A stretch of DNA of 33,280 bases from a virus (IMGVR_UViG_3300033076_000387:1-33280); one strand, 5' to 3'. Shown: positions 7,046 to 17,037, numbered from the stretch's first letter. Numbers and translations are program-made. The notes: generated by a model from the sequence alone, not told the origin.

Positions 7046-7135
7046 AAAAGAAAACCCCTGAACCTTTTGGGAACAGGGGAATTCATTACCGAGGATTTTC
7101 ATGTCATGCTACTCATAGGCCAATACTTGTAGCAC
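7046..7135 (-). ncRNA. Putative antisense small RNA A
   Basis: TAAATA 7139-7144. 5' stem UGCUAC/GUAGCA. Complement of GAGGAttttcATGTCA. 3' hairpin CCCCUG-UU-CC-CAAAA-GG-UU-CAGGGG plus U-tract. Confidence 0.55.
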
Positions 7136-7147
7136 TTGTATTTAGTC

Positions 7148-7176
7148 AAAAAAGTCCCCGATGCCTAGTCGGGGAC
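7148..7176 (-). terminator. Intrinsic terminator ending the head/fibre operon
   Basis: GTCCCCGA/TCGGGGAC stem plus U6. Confidence 0.9.
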
Positions 7177-7205
7177 AAAGCTATATTAACACATTAAAAT
7201 ATGAC

Positions 7206-7712
7206 TCAGTGATTTTCACTAAAGTCATCAAAGACCTCGGCTCTTGCCGGGCCTAGTCGCTCCAACAACATCGTGTCGTCTTCGCTAAAATATTTACTGG
7301 ATAGGTTCGTAAAATATCCCATAGCAAATAAACGCTCGTTTAGTGTTAGGTCAGGTTGATTCTTTCTTGCATATAACATTGGTCTGCGTTTACGCAAATT
7401 AACATTTCTGCTACTGCACCAATACACTTCAAATTGTTGTTTTTCTAACCAAGTTAGAAATTCTGTTCGTTGTTCAACTGGAACGCAATACACGCTCCAC
7501 CACATGTTATCTTTTTGTTTGTAAAAAACTTGATCTTTTACAAATTGACATTCAATTGGCTTTGTTCCACATACAGCATAATTATAATCATCTGGTTCTG
7601 GTACGGCATATTCAGTTTCATATGCCGTGGGTCTAACCCAACTGATATGTTTACTAATTGCGATTCGTGGATCGTCTAACTTCTTTGTCTTTTTCAATCT
7701 TGGCGTTTTCAT
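7206..7712 (-). CDS. Hypothetical protein
   Basis: Likely start is ATG 7712 (MKTPRLKK), 5 nt after the variant motif CTAAATT. Confidence 0.7.
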   Translation of the reverse strand: MKTPRLKKTKKLDDPRIAISKHISWVRPTAYETEYAVPEPDDYNYAVCGTKPIECQFVKDQVFYKQKDNMWWSVYCVPVEQRTEFLTWLEKQQFEVYWCSSRNVNLRKRRPMLYARKNQPDLTLNERLFAMGYFTNLSSKYFSEDDTMLLERLGPARAEVFDDFSENH

Positions 7713-7744
7713 ATTATAATTTAGCCCGACGAATCGGGCCAAAA

Positions 7745-8017
7745 TTACTTATGAAGTAGGTATCCTGCTAAACCAATTAAAGCTGCACATACCGTACCAA
7801 TGGTTGCAATTATCTGTATGGTTCTGGCGTTGCTTTGCTTTTCCAAAAGGAGTTTAATATCATTGAACCCCGATTGCATTTCGCTTTTAATAGAAGAGAC
7901 TGTAGTCTCCACTTTAGTGAGGCGTTGTTCAAGACCATCAATCTTCTCCTGGATACCTTGGTATCTAATCGCACATATCTCTACATGCGTGGCTAAGTCC
8001 TTTTCTTCTTGGCTCAT
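7745..8017 (-). CDS. Coiled-coil protein with C-terminal TM helix (XhlA/holin-like)
   Basis: LATHVEICAIRY..I..K...LE.RL pattern, hydrophobic C-terminus, located after the fibre genes. Confidence 0.65.
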   Translation of the reverse strand: MSQEEKDLATHVEICAIRYQGIQEKIDGLEQRLTKVETTVSSIKSEMQSGFNDIKLLLEKQSNARTIQIIATIGTVCAALIGLAGYLLHK

Positions 8018-10806
8018 TATGCCCCCACTGGTATTAATGTTACGAACAATGCCGCTGTTGCCGGACCAAATGCTGTTGAACTAAAGTATGGGAATGTTAC
8101 ATTTAAGTCATCAACTGCATAAGCTAATTCCCAATAATCAGTTGTGTTTGCACTACTAATCATATTATCCCAACCAGCAATAGTTGATCCTGCCTTTGGA
8201 ATAGTAATACGACCCATGCTTGATGGAACATCAGTACCATTCTTTCTCCACCAGATATATGCTGTATGTTCAGTGCCATTATCAGCATTATCTACTTGAA
8301 GACTGAATTGTAATTTATACATACCAGCAGCACCAGGAATAATGCGACTTGTGCTTGCCACGCTGGCAATGTTAGCAAAGTCTATTAAACCACTTGCACC
8401 TTGTATTGGAAACACATAAGCAGTATTTGTGGCAGCAGGAGTTACAGTAGCGTCCCATTGCCATTGTCCATATACGCGGTTATATGTAAGATTGTTACCA
8501 GTTAAACCTGTTCCAGTTGTATCTTGGAAAGCAATAGTATTACTCTTTAAAGTTGCAGCCGCAGTAGTTAAAGTTAAGCCATCAATGGTTGTATTATAAA
8601 CACCGTCTTTGCTATAACCTAAAACAGTCTTAGTTCCAGTTGCAGAACCACTCCAGTTTTCTGTAGCAACAACTTGTAGTTTACCTGCGTTAACTTGGTT
8701 CAATGCCGCAGTGTCACTGAATGCAGTAACAGTAAATTGACCTAAACCATAACCTGTTTGTGGTACCACATAAGTTGCCGCACCAGAACTTGTTTTCCAG
8801 CGACTGTTCATTTCAAATGTAGTTCCTGAACCGCTTAGTGTAGCACTGTCCATTAAACCGTTTGCTTTGAAACCAGGAGTAACAGTATTAGACCAATCAT
8901 TGTTTGTTTGAACAATTGGATTTCCTAATGCTAATAAAGTAGTACCGGCAGTATTTTTATAGTTTTGGATATCCGCAGTCATTGTAGTTGCTGCCGGAGC
9001 CATAGATAACAATGTAGTGTTAGTGCCACCTACAACAGTGGTTGGCCAAGTTTTGAAAAGATAATGAGCAGTACTTGTAGTTGCACCTTGAGCTAACCAA
9101 GTATGTTGTTCTGGACTTATTGTTCCAACACTTACACGACTTGCGCTTGTTAAAGGTTGGTTCATTGGTTGACCACGGAATAATAAACCAGAACCAGCAG
9201 TTACTACATAACTTGCACAGCTTACACCAGTTGGGCTTGATCCAGTAATTGGAGCAGCGTTTAATGTATAAGTTCCAGTGCCACCTGTTCCAGTGCCAAG
9301 TGCAGTAATTTGATAGTTATTACCAGAACTAAATGTAGCACCAGAAATAACACGAACTTCTTGACCAACTGCTAATGTTCCGCTTGCTACTGCGGTAACA
9401 GTCATTGTAGTTGAACCGCTTGTAAATGATGCAGTAAATGTAGCACTTGTTGCTGGAGTAAAGTTCCAAGCTTGGGTTGTCACAGCAGAAATAGCTGTAG
9501 GAGCAACAGTAAAATAATCATTAGACCATTGCGGGCTTCCAGTTGTTGGTCCACCATTACCGTGCCAGCCAATAGTTCCTATAGTGCCACCAGCAGTTAA
9601 TGCAAGTTCACCACCTACATTACCACGAGTACCTTCAAATTGTAAAGTTGGGTTAGGTCCGCTTGCACTTGTTCCGCCTACTGTGTTTTGTCCGTATTCA
9701 CGAATAACTGCACTTGCACGACCGCCAGTTGATGTTCTTGCCGCGTTACTTGCCAACACACCAGTAAACGGTTGATAGTTGTTTGTAACTGCGGCTTTAA
9801 CACGACTTGTATCATTAGCATTACCAGAACCCCAAACACGAGTTGGACCTGCTAAGAAGTTTTCAGTTGTGTTCTTAACTGCACCAGTTACAGTAAGGTT
9901 ACCGGAAGTATCAAATTGAGCCAATTGTGTATTAGCAACACCTCCATTATAGAATGTTAATGTATCTGCGGCACCTGTGCTAATACGACCATTGCCTGTA
10001 GCATAGTCCATAACGATGCCATCTGTGAATGTAGCATCCATTGTGCCTTTAGCATAAACACCTTTAGTAGCAATTAAATTTCCGCCAACGCTTACGCTGT
10101 CAGCAACTAAGTCATTGTTAATTGTAGTTGTGCCGGTATTAGCGCCAATGCTAACAGTTGTAGCGGCTTCACCTAATTTTACAGTTGTTGCTGTTGTATT
10201 GAATACTGTTGCAGTTGTTTGGTTAGTGATAATATCACCGCCATTAACGCCAAGATCACCTGCTACTGTAACATCTGCTCCACTTAATGTTAGAGCAGTT
10301 GCTGTGCTTGATTTGATGTCATTACCAGTAACAGTTAAATCACCTGCTATAGTTGCATCAGCACCACTAACACTGATTGCTACTGTGCCACCATTACTGC
10401 GAATATCACCACCATTTAGTGTAATGTCATCTGTAACTGTAATCCCAGCGCCAAAGACAGCACCACCATTGCTGTATAATATTGTAGGGGTTGCACCACC
10501 GTAACCAGCAGTAATATTGCCAGTAGCATTAACATTACCAATACTGACATTATCAGCAACTAAGTCATTGTTAATTGTTGTTGTGCCAGTATTTGCACCA
10601 ATGCTTACTGTTGTGCCTGCTCCGGCAATGTTCACAGTAGTGGCATTAGTGTTAACTACATTAGCAGTTAAACTGCTGGTTGTAATATCGCCACCATTTA
10701 CAGCAATATCGCCGTTGGTTACAATATCACCAGTTGTTCCATCAACTGTTGCGGCTGTATCACCGACCGCCAAGCCAAACTTGACTTTAAATTTTTCGTT
10801 ACTCAT
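8017..10806 (-). CDS. Tail fibre / receptor-binding protein (929 aa)
   Basis: T/G/A-rich beta repeats (GDL.V.G.DI); C-terminal C1q/BclA-like head (GMYKLQFSLQV...IWWRKNG.DV). Confidence 0.8.
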   Translation of the reverse strand: MSNEKFKVKFGLAVGDTAATVDGTTGDIVTNGDIAVNGGDITTSSLTANVVNTNATTVNIAGAGTTVSIGANTGTTTINNDLVADNVSIGNVNATGNITAGYGGATPTILYSNGGAVFGAGITVTDDITLNGGDIRSNGGTVAISVSGADATIAGDLTVTGNDIKSSTATALTLSGADVTVAGDLGVNGGDIITNQTTATVFNTTATTVKLGEAATTVSIGANTGTTTINNDLVADSVSVGGNLIATKGVYAKGTMDATFTDGIVMDYATGNGRISTGAADTLTFYNGGVANTQLAQFDTSGNLTVTGAVKNTTENFLAGPTRVWGSGNANDTSRVKAAVTNNYQPFTGVLASNAARTSTGGRASAVIREYGQNTVGGTSASGPNPTLQFEGTRGNVGGELALTAGGTIGTIGWHGNGGPTTGSPQWSNDYFTVAPTAISAVTTQAWNFTPATSATFTASFTSGSTTMTVTAVASGTLAVGQEVRVISGATFSSGNNYQITALGTGTGGTGTYTLNAAPITGSSPTGVSCASYVVTAGSGLLFRGQPMNQPLTSASRVSVGTISPEQHTWLAQGATTSTAHYLFKTWPTTVVGGTNTTLLSMAPAATTMTADIQNYKNTAGTTLLALGNPIVQTNNDWSNTVTPGFKANGLMDSATLSGSGTTFEMNSRWKTSSGAATYVVPQTGYGLGQFTVTAFSDTAALNQVNAGKLQVVATENWSGSATGTKTVLGYSKDGVYNTTIDGLTLTTAAATLKSNTIAFQDTTGTGLTGNNLTYNRVYGQWQWDATVTPAATNTAYVFPIQGASGLIDFANIASVASTSRIIPGAAGMYKLQFSLQVDNADNGTEHTAYIWWRKNGTDVPSSMGRITIPKAGSTIAGWDNMISSANTTDYWELAYAVDDLNVTFPYFSSTAFGPATAALFVTLIPVGA

Positions 10807-10825
10807 AGTTCACACAATCCCTATT

Positions 10826-12766
10826 TTAATATAAGCTTGTTCTAACAACATTGAATGTTGTGTTATTAGCACTTGCTGGAGTTGCAAGCAATCTCACATT
10901 GCCTGCACTTACATCCACTGTAAAGTTCGCCAATGCAGCAGATGTGTAAAGTTCGCCATATGTGGTTAACATGGCAGTTGCACCATTTCTAAGTGCTGTA
11001 AAGTTAACAGTATGTAATGCATTTGTGACATTGTCTTTAATTGTCACGCTACCATTCATAGAATCTCTTCCTGTAAAAGTAATAGATACTGGAGATGTAG
11101 AAGTTGTAATTGTTTGTATTGTTGATATTACTGCTTGAGAACCAACAGCAATACTTGCATCAGTTGCTGTTAAATGAACTTGTAAATCATTATTAATTCC
11201 TGTTACGCCAGTAGTAGCACCAATGCTTACGGTTGTTGCAGCATTAGCAATATTAACAGTTGTAGCATTAGCATTGAATACATTAGCAGTTGTTGCTGTG
11301 GTTGTAATATCACCGCCGTTAACTGCCAAATCATTGGCAATAGTTACATCATTAGCAATAGATAAATTACCTGTAGAAGTTAACACTAATTGAGGTGAAG
11401 AAAGTGAACCACCATTTTCCATTAAGAAAATTCTGTAATTAAAATCTTCACTACCTGGAGTAATATCCGTTGAAACAACATCAGCAATAGCGGCTTGCTT
11501 AAAAGTATTAACAGCAGTTTCAACTTGATATTCTATACCAGCACCAAACCCAACAGCAGGAGTTCCTGTGCTATCTGTTTTTAATGTTACTGCTCTGGTA
11601 CTTGTATTAGTATTTGCAGTTGTTCTAGTAATAGTTGTTGGATCAGTTGATAAATCACTTGTAATGTTAACTTTTGAACCACTCAATGGTATAATTACTA
11701 AATCACCTGAACCAGTAGAAATTGTTTGGTTATTAACAATGCCAATGTTTACATTACCGGCAATTAAACCAGGAGTTGTAACATCAAAGTTAAATTCAAA
11801 ACCATCTGTTGTTTCATTCCAAATTAAGGTAGCATCTGTTTCTGTGCCACGATTAACTGAAATAGTAGCATTATTTGCAGGAGTTCCTGCGCTATTTGTT
11901 AAGAATTCAAATGAATTACCATTGATCGCTAATCCATTACTATCAACATAAAGTTGTTCAAAAATTGTAGTGGATGTATTACTAAAATTTCCAATAGGAT
12001 CGGTTTGTATCAAGAATGCATTATTACCACCACTATCATATTCACTTGTTAAACGATGATTATATTTTCTTGTGACATAATCACTGGTTGTGACACCAAA
12101 CAATTCGGCAGACGAATCACCATCAACAATACTAGATCCTATATCTTTTAAAATTTCAATTGAACTAATAGATGCGGGATCACTGTTAACAAATTTTAAA
12201 CGGCCGGTTTCTCTATCAGTAAATTTTACAAATGGACTTGCAGTCCATGCACTACTTTCCCAAACTAATACTTGACCATCCGCTGTACCATCCGGAATAT
12301 TATCTGCTACTGTGCTAATTGTAATAGTGTTAGCATCTGTGCGAACAATGCTCATGTTTGAACCAGCAGCCAATTTGACATTGTCATTGCCACCACCACT
12401 ATCATGTAATGTTAGATATGCACCACCAGTTGTTGTGTTTGCTTCTAAACTATAAGCTGCACCTGGAATAGCTGTAACATCGGTCCAATACAAATTACCA
12501 GAACCATCTGTAACAAGAACCTGATCTGTTGTTCCATCCGGTAATGGGAATGTATAGTTAGGTAGTGTTAATGTGCTTTGTAATGTTACGCCGCCAATTA
12601 AAAGACTTGTGCCTTGAACAGTTAAGTTTCCGGATACATTCAAGTTACCTGTGACTGCACCAGCACCTGCATTAGGTACTGTTAATCCGCTAGCATTGTA
12701 AAGTGTTGTAAAGTTACTTGAACTTACATCACCCACTGTTGCGGTTGTTTCATATAAACTTGGCAT
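10826..12766 (-). CDS. Tail fibre protein (646 aa)
   Basis: Fibre motifs LPDGTTDQVLVTDGSGNLYW and GQVLVWESSAW; shares a repeat module with the downstream fibre. Confidence 0.8.
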   Translation of the reverse strand: MPSLYETTATVGDVSSSNFTTLYNASGLTVPNAGAGAVTGNLNVSGNLTVQGTSLLIGGVTLQSTLTLPNYTFPLPDGTTDQVLVTDGSGNLYWTDVTAIPGAAYSLEANTTTGGAYLTLHDSGGGNDNVKLAAGSNMSIVRTDANTITISTVADNIPDGTADGQVLVWESSAWTASPFVKFTDRETGRLKFVNSDPASISSIEILKDIGSSIVDGDSSAELFGVTTSDYVTRKYNHRLTSEYDSGGNNAFLIQTDPIGNFSNTSTTIFEQLYVDSNGLAINGNSFEFLTNSAGTPANNATISVNRGTETDATLIWNETTDGFEFNFDVTTPGLIAGNVNIGIVNNQTISTGSGDLVIIPLSGSKVNITSDLSTDPTTITRTTANTNTSTRAVTLKTDSTGTPAVGFGAGIEYQVETAVNTFKQAAIADVVSTDITPGSEDFNYRIFLMENGGSLSSPQLVLTSTGNLSIANDVTIANDLAVNGGDITTTATTANVFNANATTVNIANAATTVSIGATTGVTGINNDLQVHLTATDASIAVGSQAVISTIQTITTSTSPVSITFTGRDSMNGSVTIKDNVTNALHTVNFTALRNGATAMLTTYGELYTSAALANFTVDVSAGNVRLLATPASANNTTFNVVRTSLY

Positions 12767-12776
12767 GTTTTATTCC

Positions 12777-13979
12777 TTACTTAATATTGTATTGGCGATA
12801 CTGTCTTGGTTGCCATACACTTGTTAATCTTGTGTGTCCGCCACTCCATTTGCCAAGGTTGTTTTGGTCTTCAACAGTAGACCATGCTTGTTGGAATTTA
12901 CCTTCATAAGTTGCGGCATCAGTTTCATTGTGACGCTTTAGGTAATATTCACGCAATGTGCTGTAGATATAACCTTCTGGCCATGTTTGTAAAACTGGAT
13001 TTGTTTGTGTATCTAAGTTTGTTAACTTGATATCTGTGATAGAACCAGTGGTTGGAATTGTTCCACCTGTTACTATAACTGTAATACTTGTTTCACTATC
13101 AACACTTAAAATTTCAATTGTTCCGCCATTATTGATAGTGCCGGTGCCATTTGTTGCTGTTAAAATTTGACCTGTACTTAAACCAGCAGTTGTTACCATA
13201 TCTGTAATTTCAACAGTCCATGGACTACCTGTACCTGTAACTGTGCTAACTGTGCCAGTTGTGGAAACTAAAATATCTGCTACAGGAGCAAACAACAAAG
13301 GCCATGCTTTGTAGTAATACATGTTAATTAAATCACCTTCTGCTGTGTATGGAAGGAATTTATAACTTTGACCAACTTCACTGAACTTGCCACGAATAAC
13401 TGCGGGCACATTGACTGGTTGCAAATATAACTGAGCAATCATGCTTTGTGTAATAATATCTCTATCACCAATACGGTCATAAACGATCCAAGGACCTGTT
13501 TGGCTTTGTTGACTTGCTGGAGGCGGAGTTAAGAATGTTAATGTGCCACTTACTGTGCCTGTATTTGGAACACTTAAAGTAATCACTAAATTGTTTACAA
13601 CAGTAACTTCTGCACCTTCACCAATTCCTGTTCCTGTTACTAACATACCTACTGAAATAGGACGCTGTGCAGATTCTGTTAAAGTAACAGTGCTTTCTCC
13701 CATTACACCAGTTGCTGCCGCTGTAGTAATGTATTGAGTACCTTGTTTAAAGAACAAGATTGGTTTGTTCATATCACCTGGAATTGGAATAGATCCATGT
13801 GCATCAACAACACCAATGTATTGCGGATCATATGGATCGCTACGCAATGCAGGTAGTTCAATATTACGCATACTCAATTCACCTAAGAATATGCATTGTT
13901 TAATTTCTGCTGTATTTGTACTGCCTGTAAAATCTTTAATATAATCAACTAAGGCATCTGCTGTTGGAATAGTAAACAT
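12777..13979 (-). CDS. Head-tail adaptor protein with two inserted beta domains
   Basis: Adaptor-like termini (LVDYIKDFT...FLGE..M; TNPVL..WPE.YIYSTL) and position after the capsid gene. Confidence 0.65.
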   Translation of the reverse strand: MFTIPTADALVDYIKDFTGSTNTAEIKQCIFLGELSMRNIELPALRSDPYDPQYIGVVDAHGSIPIPGDMNKPILFFKQGTQYITTAAATGVMGESTVTLTESAQRPISVGMLVTGTGIGEGAEVTVVNNLVITLSVPNTGTVSGTLTFLTPPPASQQSQTGPWIVYDRIGDRDIITQSMIAQLYLQPVNVPAVIRGKFSEVGQSYKFLPYTAEGDLINMYYYKAWPLLFAPVADILVSTTGTVSTVTGTGSPWTVEITDMVTTAGLSTGQILTATNGTGTINNGGTIEILSVDSETSITVIVTGGTIPTTGSITDIKLTNLDTQTNPVLQTWPEGYIYSTLREYYLKRHNETDAATYEGKFQQAWSTVEDQNNLGKWSGGHTRLTSVWQPRQYRQYNIK

Positions 13980-13982
13980 GTT

Positions 13983-14564
13983 TTAGTTTCCTTGAAAGAA
14001 GCGTTTTTCCCCACGCTTTGTTGGGTATGGCACATCAACAGGGATAGGCAGTTTGCCACCTGGATAGCAAACATATTGAGGATATTCTGTTTCAACAACT
14101 CTATAAAATTGTGCCTTTAGAGTTCTGTCATGTTTGATAGTGCTCCACGGTATACCACCAAAATAATCATCACTGATTCTAATAGCAACTACATTAGGTA
14201 GATCCATCCACTTATATGTTAGTTTGCCATCTTCACCAATTGGAGCTAATGGATCCGGAATTCCTTTTTCGGCGGCGTGTCTATAATTACGACATGCTTC
14301 AGCAACTGCTTTAGCATTTAACTGTTCGCGTTTGATGTAAAATTTGCCATCTTCGCGTCCAGTAGTAACAATGATATTGCCACTTTTGTTGGTTTCAGTG
14401 CGTGTCCAATCACCTTTCATTTTATTATAAAGGTCATTGTTTTTCAATAATTTATCTGCAACACCATTGTGGCTTGTTACCATGCCTCCATGGTCTTGTC
14501 TATAGTAATCCCAGTTCTTTTCTGGATCACCTTCTAGGTATTCGGGTTGGTTATTATCGTTCAT
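13983..14564 (-). CDS. Hypothetical head-module protein (leaderless)
   Basis: TAAATA 14570-14575, then 5 nt, then ATG; no SD. Confidence 0.8.
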   Translation of the reverse strand: MNDNNQPEYLEGDPEKNWDYYRQDHGGMVTSHNGVADKLLKNNDLYNKMKGDWTRTETNKSGNIIVTTGREDGKFYIKREQLNAKAVAEACRNYRHAAEKGIPDPLAPIGEDGKLTYKWMDLPNVVAIRISDDYFGGIPWSTIKHDRTLKAQFYRVVETEYPQYVCYPGGKLPIPVDVPYPTKRGEKRFFQGN

Positions 14565-14605
14565 AGTAGTATTTAGCGATTTAATATCAGCGTAGATAGC
14601 AATAC

Positions 14606-14631
14606 AAAAGGCTCCCTAAGGAGCCTTTTTT
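14606..14631. terminator. Bidirectional intrinsic terminator after the capsid gene
   Basis: AAAAGGCTCC-CTAA-GGAGCCTTTTTT. Confidence 0.9.
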
Positions 14632-14655
14632 GGTTACTTAAATTCTTATTAAGAA

Positions 14656-15828
14656 TTACGGTGTAACATCGCCAGCGCCGAAGTTTACACGGCTTACTAG
14701 TGCTGCAGGACGAGCACCAGGTAGGCTTGCTTGAGCAGTTGTACCTGCTTCAATGTTAGCTAATACGCCAACACCAGCTGGGTTACGAACCACCAAAGTG
14801 CCTTCCATGATGAACTGGTCTAAAGAAGCGTCAGCATTGCTGAATACTTCGTTGTTAGGACCTAGGTCACGCAAGCTACCCCACTGAACAACATCTTCGT
14901 TCAAGAAGTAAATGCTGTTAGCGTTTACTTGGTCCATGATCCAAGAATCAAAGACTTCGTATGTGTAAGAAAAGTCACCTTCGTAAGTGCTGATTGTGTC
15001 ACCACGAGCACTGTCAACACGGTTAATACCACGAGACTGAGCAATGTTGTCGCTGATAGAAGTGCGTAGACTTGTAGGAGCAACAATAGTGCGGATCTTA
15101 GCGTTGTAACGCTGTTCAGCAACAGTTACTAACTGCTTGTATAAAGCTGGGCTGAAATACTGGTTAGTAAATGTACCGTTGTAGTAGTAGTTACCGTTAG
15201 CATAAATGCGTAGAGCATTGCTGATTTGTGTAGAACTGTCAGTATCTTCGTTGTTATAGAATGTATCTAAACCACTTAGTGTGCCAGAAGTTGTGTTGAA
15301 GGACCATGTGCCTGCGAAAGAGGCCAATGAACCCATACGACGACCTGTTTGGCCGCTTGGTAGACCAGAAGCAGTTCCGCTTTGACCGGCATACTTAGTA
15401 CCGATCTGGTCATTACGAACTAATTGTAGTTCAACGTCAAACATCAATTCAATTAACTGTTTAACTTCTTGGTAAGCTTGTGGGTCACCACCAGCTTGCA
15501 TAACAGCACGAGCAGTACCGCTAGAAGCGATTGTTGTGCTGAAAATTTGTGTGTAGTTACCTAAGTTGTAACGGCTATTGCTTTCTGCGTTAGCAGTAGA
15601 AACAGCAGCACCTTCAACTTGAGCTTGCACAGCAGGAGTGCGATAAATGTCATCACTCCATAAAGGTAAAGTAGAGTTAACTTTACGCTTTTTAGACATA
15701 GCCATGTTTAGAACAGGCGTATCATCTTTAACACGGTTAGACACATCTAGGTCTAGGTCTTTGACAACGATATCGCTACCATATGCTGTAGTACCGTTAC
15801 CAATTTGACTGGTTGTAATTTCTGCCAT
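14656..15828 (-). CDS. Major capsid protein (SU10_MCP/DUF5309-like)
   Basis: DTP.L.M, W..D, VEG, LGNYTQIF, ELMFDVE, RRMG.L, EGTLVVRNP motifs. SD AAGGAG, biased codon usage, downstream terminator. Confidence 0.88.
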   Translation of the reverse strand: MAEITTSQIGNGTTAYGSDIVVKDLDLDVSNRVKDDTPVLNMAMSKKRKVNSTLPLWSDDIYRTPAVQAQVEGAAVSTANAESNSRYNLGNYTQIFSTTIASSGTARAVMQAGGDPQAYQEVKQLIELMFDVELQLVRNDQIGTKYAGQSGTASGLPSGQTGRRMGSLASFAGTWSFNTTSGTLSGLDTFYNNEDTDSSTQISNALRIYANGNYYYNGTFTNQYFSPALYKQLVTVAEQRYNAKIRTIVAPTSLRTSISDNIAQSRGINRVDSARGDTISTYEGDFSYTYEVFDSWIMDQVNANSIYFLNEDVVQWGSLRDLGPNNEVFSNADASLDQFIMEGTLVVRNPAGVGVLANIEAGTTAQASLPGARPAALVSRVNFGAGDVTP

Positions 15829-15848
15829 TATAGGCTCCTTAAATTAAA

Positions 15849-17024
15849 TTATCTTCCACCTCGGCCCGCTCGCAATCTTTGCAACTGAGCAACTAAGAGG
15901 TTGTCTCCGGCTTTTTTATCACCGGCCTTGGCTTGTTCACGAAGTTTAGCAATGTTATCGTCTTGACCTTTTTGGGTATTTGTTGACCCTTTGCGTTGAG
16001 TAAGAGTTGCAATGCTTGCTCCGGCTGATTTAGTTGTGGGTTTATCGCGATAACGCAAACCATCACGCACTAAACTCAACAGTGCCTCATCACTACTTAT
16101 CAAATCAATATTGTCCACGCCAGGAATAATCTGTGCTTTAGCTTCTTTCCAAACTTTACCTAACTTGTCACGCACTTCATTGTAGACATATTCGTTTTTC
16201 AATTCTTTGTCTGTAAATGATTTACGAGCAACTTCTAAGCGTTCCGCAACTTGTTGGCTACGGATTTGTTTGAATTGTTCTACCGCTGGTTGCAACTGGC
16301 CTATTACAGCTTGTTGCTGTCTAATGTACTGCTCATTTTGCTGCATACTAGCTTGTATGCGGGCAGCTTGTGCAGGATCAGTAGTTCTTGCCAACTGTTG
16401 CTGAAATGTTACTTGATAATTTTGTGTTTTAACAATTTCATCATAAGCTTGTTTCAACTTAGGTTGAACGGTAAATTCCATTGCTAAAGTAAGACCTTCT
16501 TGTCTAGCGCGAGCTTCATTGACATATTCATCAAACTCTGCACGCTCAATCTTGAGTTGTCTTGCTTCTTCATGTATTGCTGATCCTTGACCTAAAATTG
16601 CTGCGGCTTTCTTAGCATCAATTACGACTTCTTTGCCATTCTTCATAAACTTGAATTTGGCATTAGGGTTTGTTTCTGCAAACTCTATAAAGTCAATAAG
16701 TTCGTCTGCTGTAGAATCATTACTTTCTTGGCTTACAGGTTCCTCTTGGGATTCCTGGGCGTCTGTTTCTTGATTGCCACTTGCATATTCTTCGGTGTTT
16801 GTATCACCAACTTCGGCACCAGCTTCGCTGGGAGCCACAGGGGTTGAAGTTTCTGCCGATTCTTCTTCACCTGTCGCAGTTTGCTCGGCTTGCTGTCTAA
16901 TTAGGTTACGCTCTGTATGCTCTCGCATGGCGGCCATTTTAGCTGCAATACTGTCCAAACTAGGGACTGCATTTGAGTCAGTGGCCGCAGCTGGTTGGCT
17001 GTTAGGACTGATATCTGTTGTCAT
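15849..17024 (-). CDS. Capsid scaffolding protein
   Basis: Acidic N-terminus, NGKEVVI motif, coiled coil, basic C-terminus; lies between portal and capsid genes. Confidence 0.78.
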   Translation of the reverse strand: MTTDISPNSQPAAATDSNAVPSLDSIAAKMAAMREHTERNLIRQQAEQTATGEEESAETSTPVAPSEAGAEVGDTNTEEYASGNQETDAQESQEEPVSQESNDSTADELIDFIEFAETNPNAKFKFMKNGKEVVIDAKKAAAILGQGSAIHEEARQLKIERAEFDEYVNEARARQEGLTLAMEFTVQPKLKQAYDEIVKTQNYQVTFQQQLARTTDPAQAARIQASMQQNEQYIRQQQAVIGQLQPAVEQFKQIRSQQVAERLEVARKSFTDKELKNEYVYNEVRDKLGKVWKEAKAQIIPGVDNIDLISSDEALLSLVRDGLRYRDKPTTKSAGASIATLTQRKGSTNTQKGQDDNIAKLREQAKAGDKKAGDNLLVAQLQRLRAGRGGR

Positions 17025-17037
17025 TTAATTTTCTTTC

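Noticed and set aside
6940-7180. CRISPR mini-array or TIGR-like array from the ~105-bp periodic hairpins
   Set aside because: No identical direct repeats, no box C/D-type motifs and no cas or tas gene; each unit has its own promoter motif and terminator.
6958-7197. 79-aa plus-strand ORF
   Set aside because: TTG start with no SD; it runs through two GC hairpins and begins inside a third; better explained as the antisense of the RNA cassettes.
7148-7296. Fourth sRNA from the intragenic TAAATA at 7291 to the 7148 terminator
   Set aside because: It lies mostly inside a coding region and has no anti-SD patch; insufficient support.
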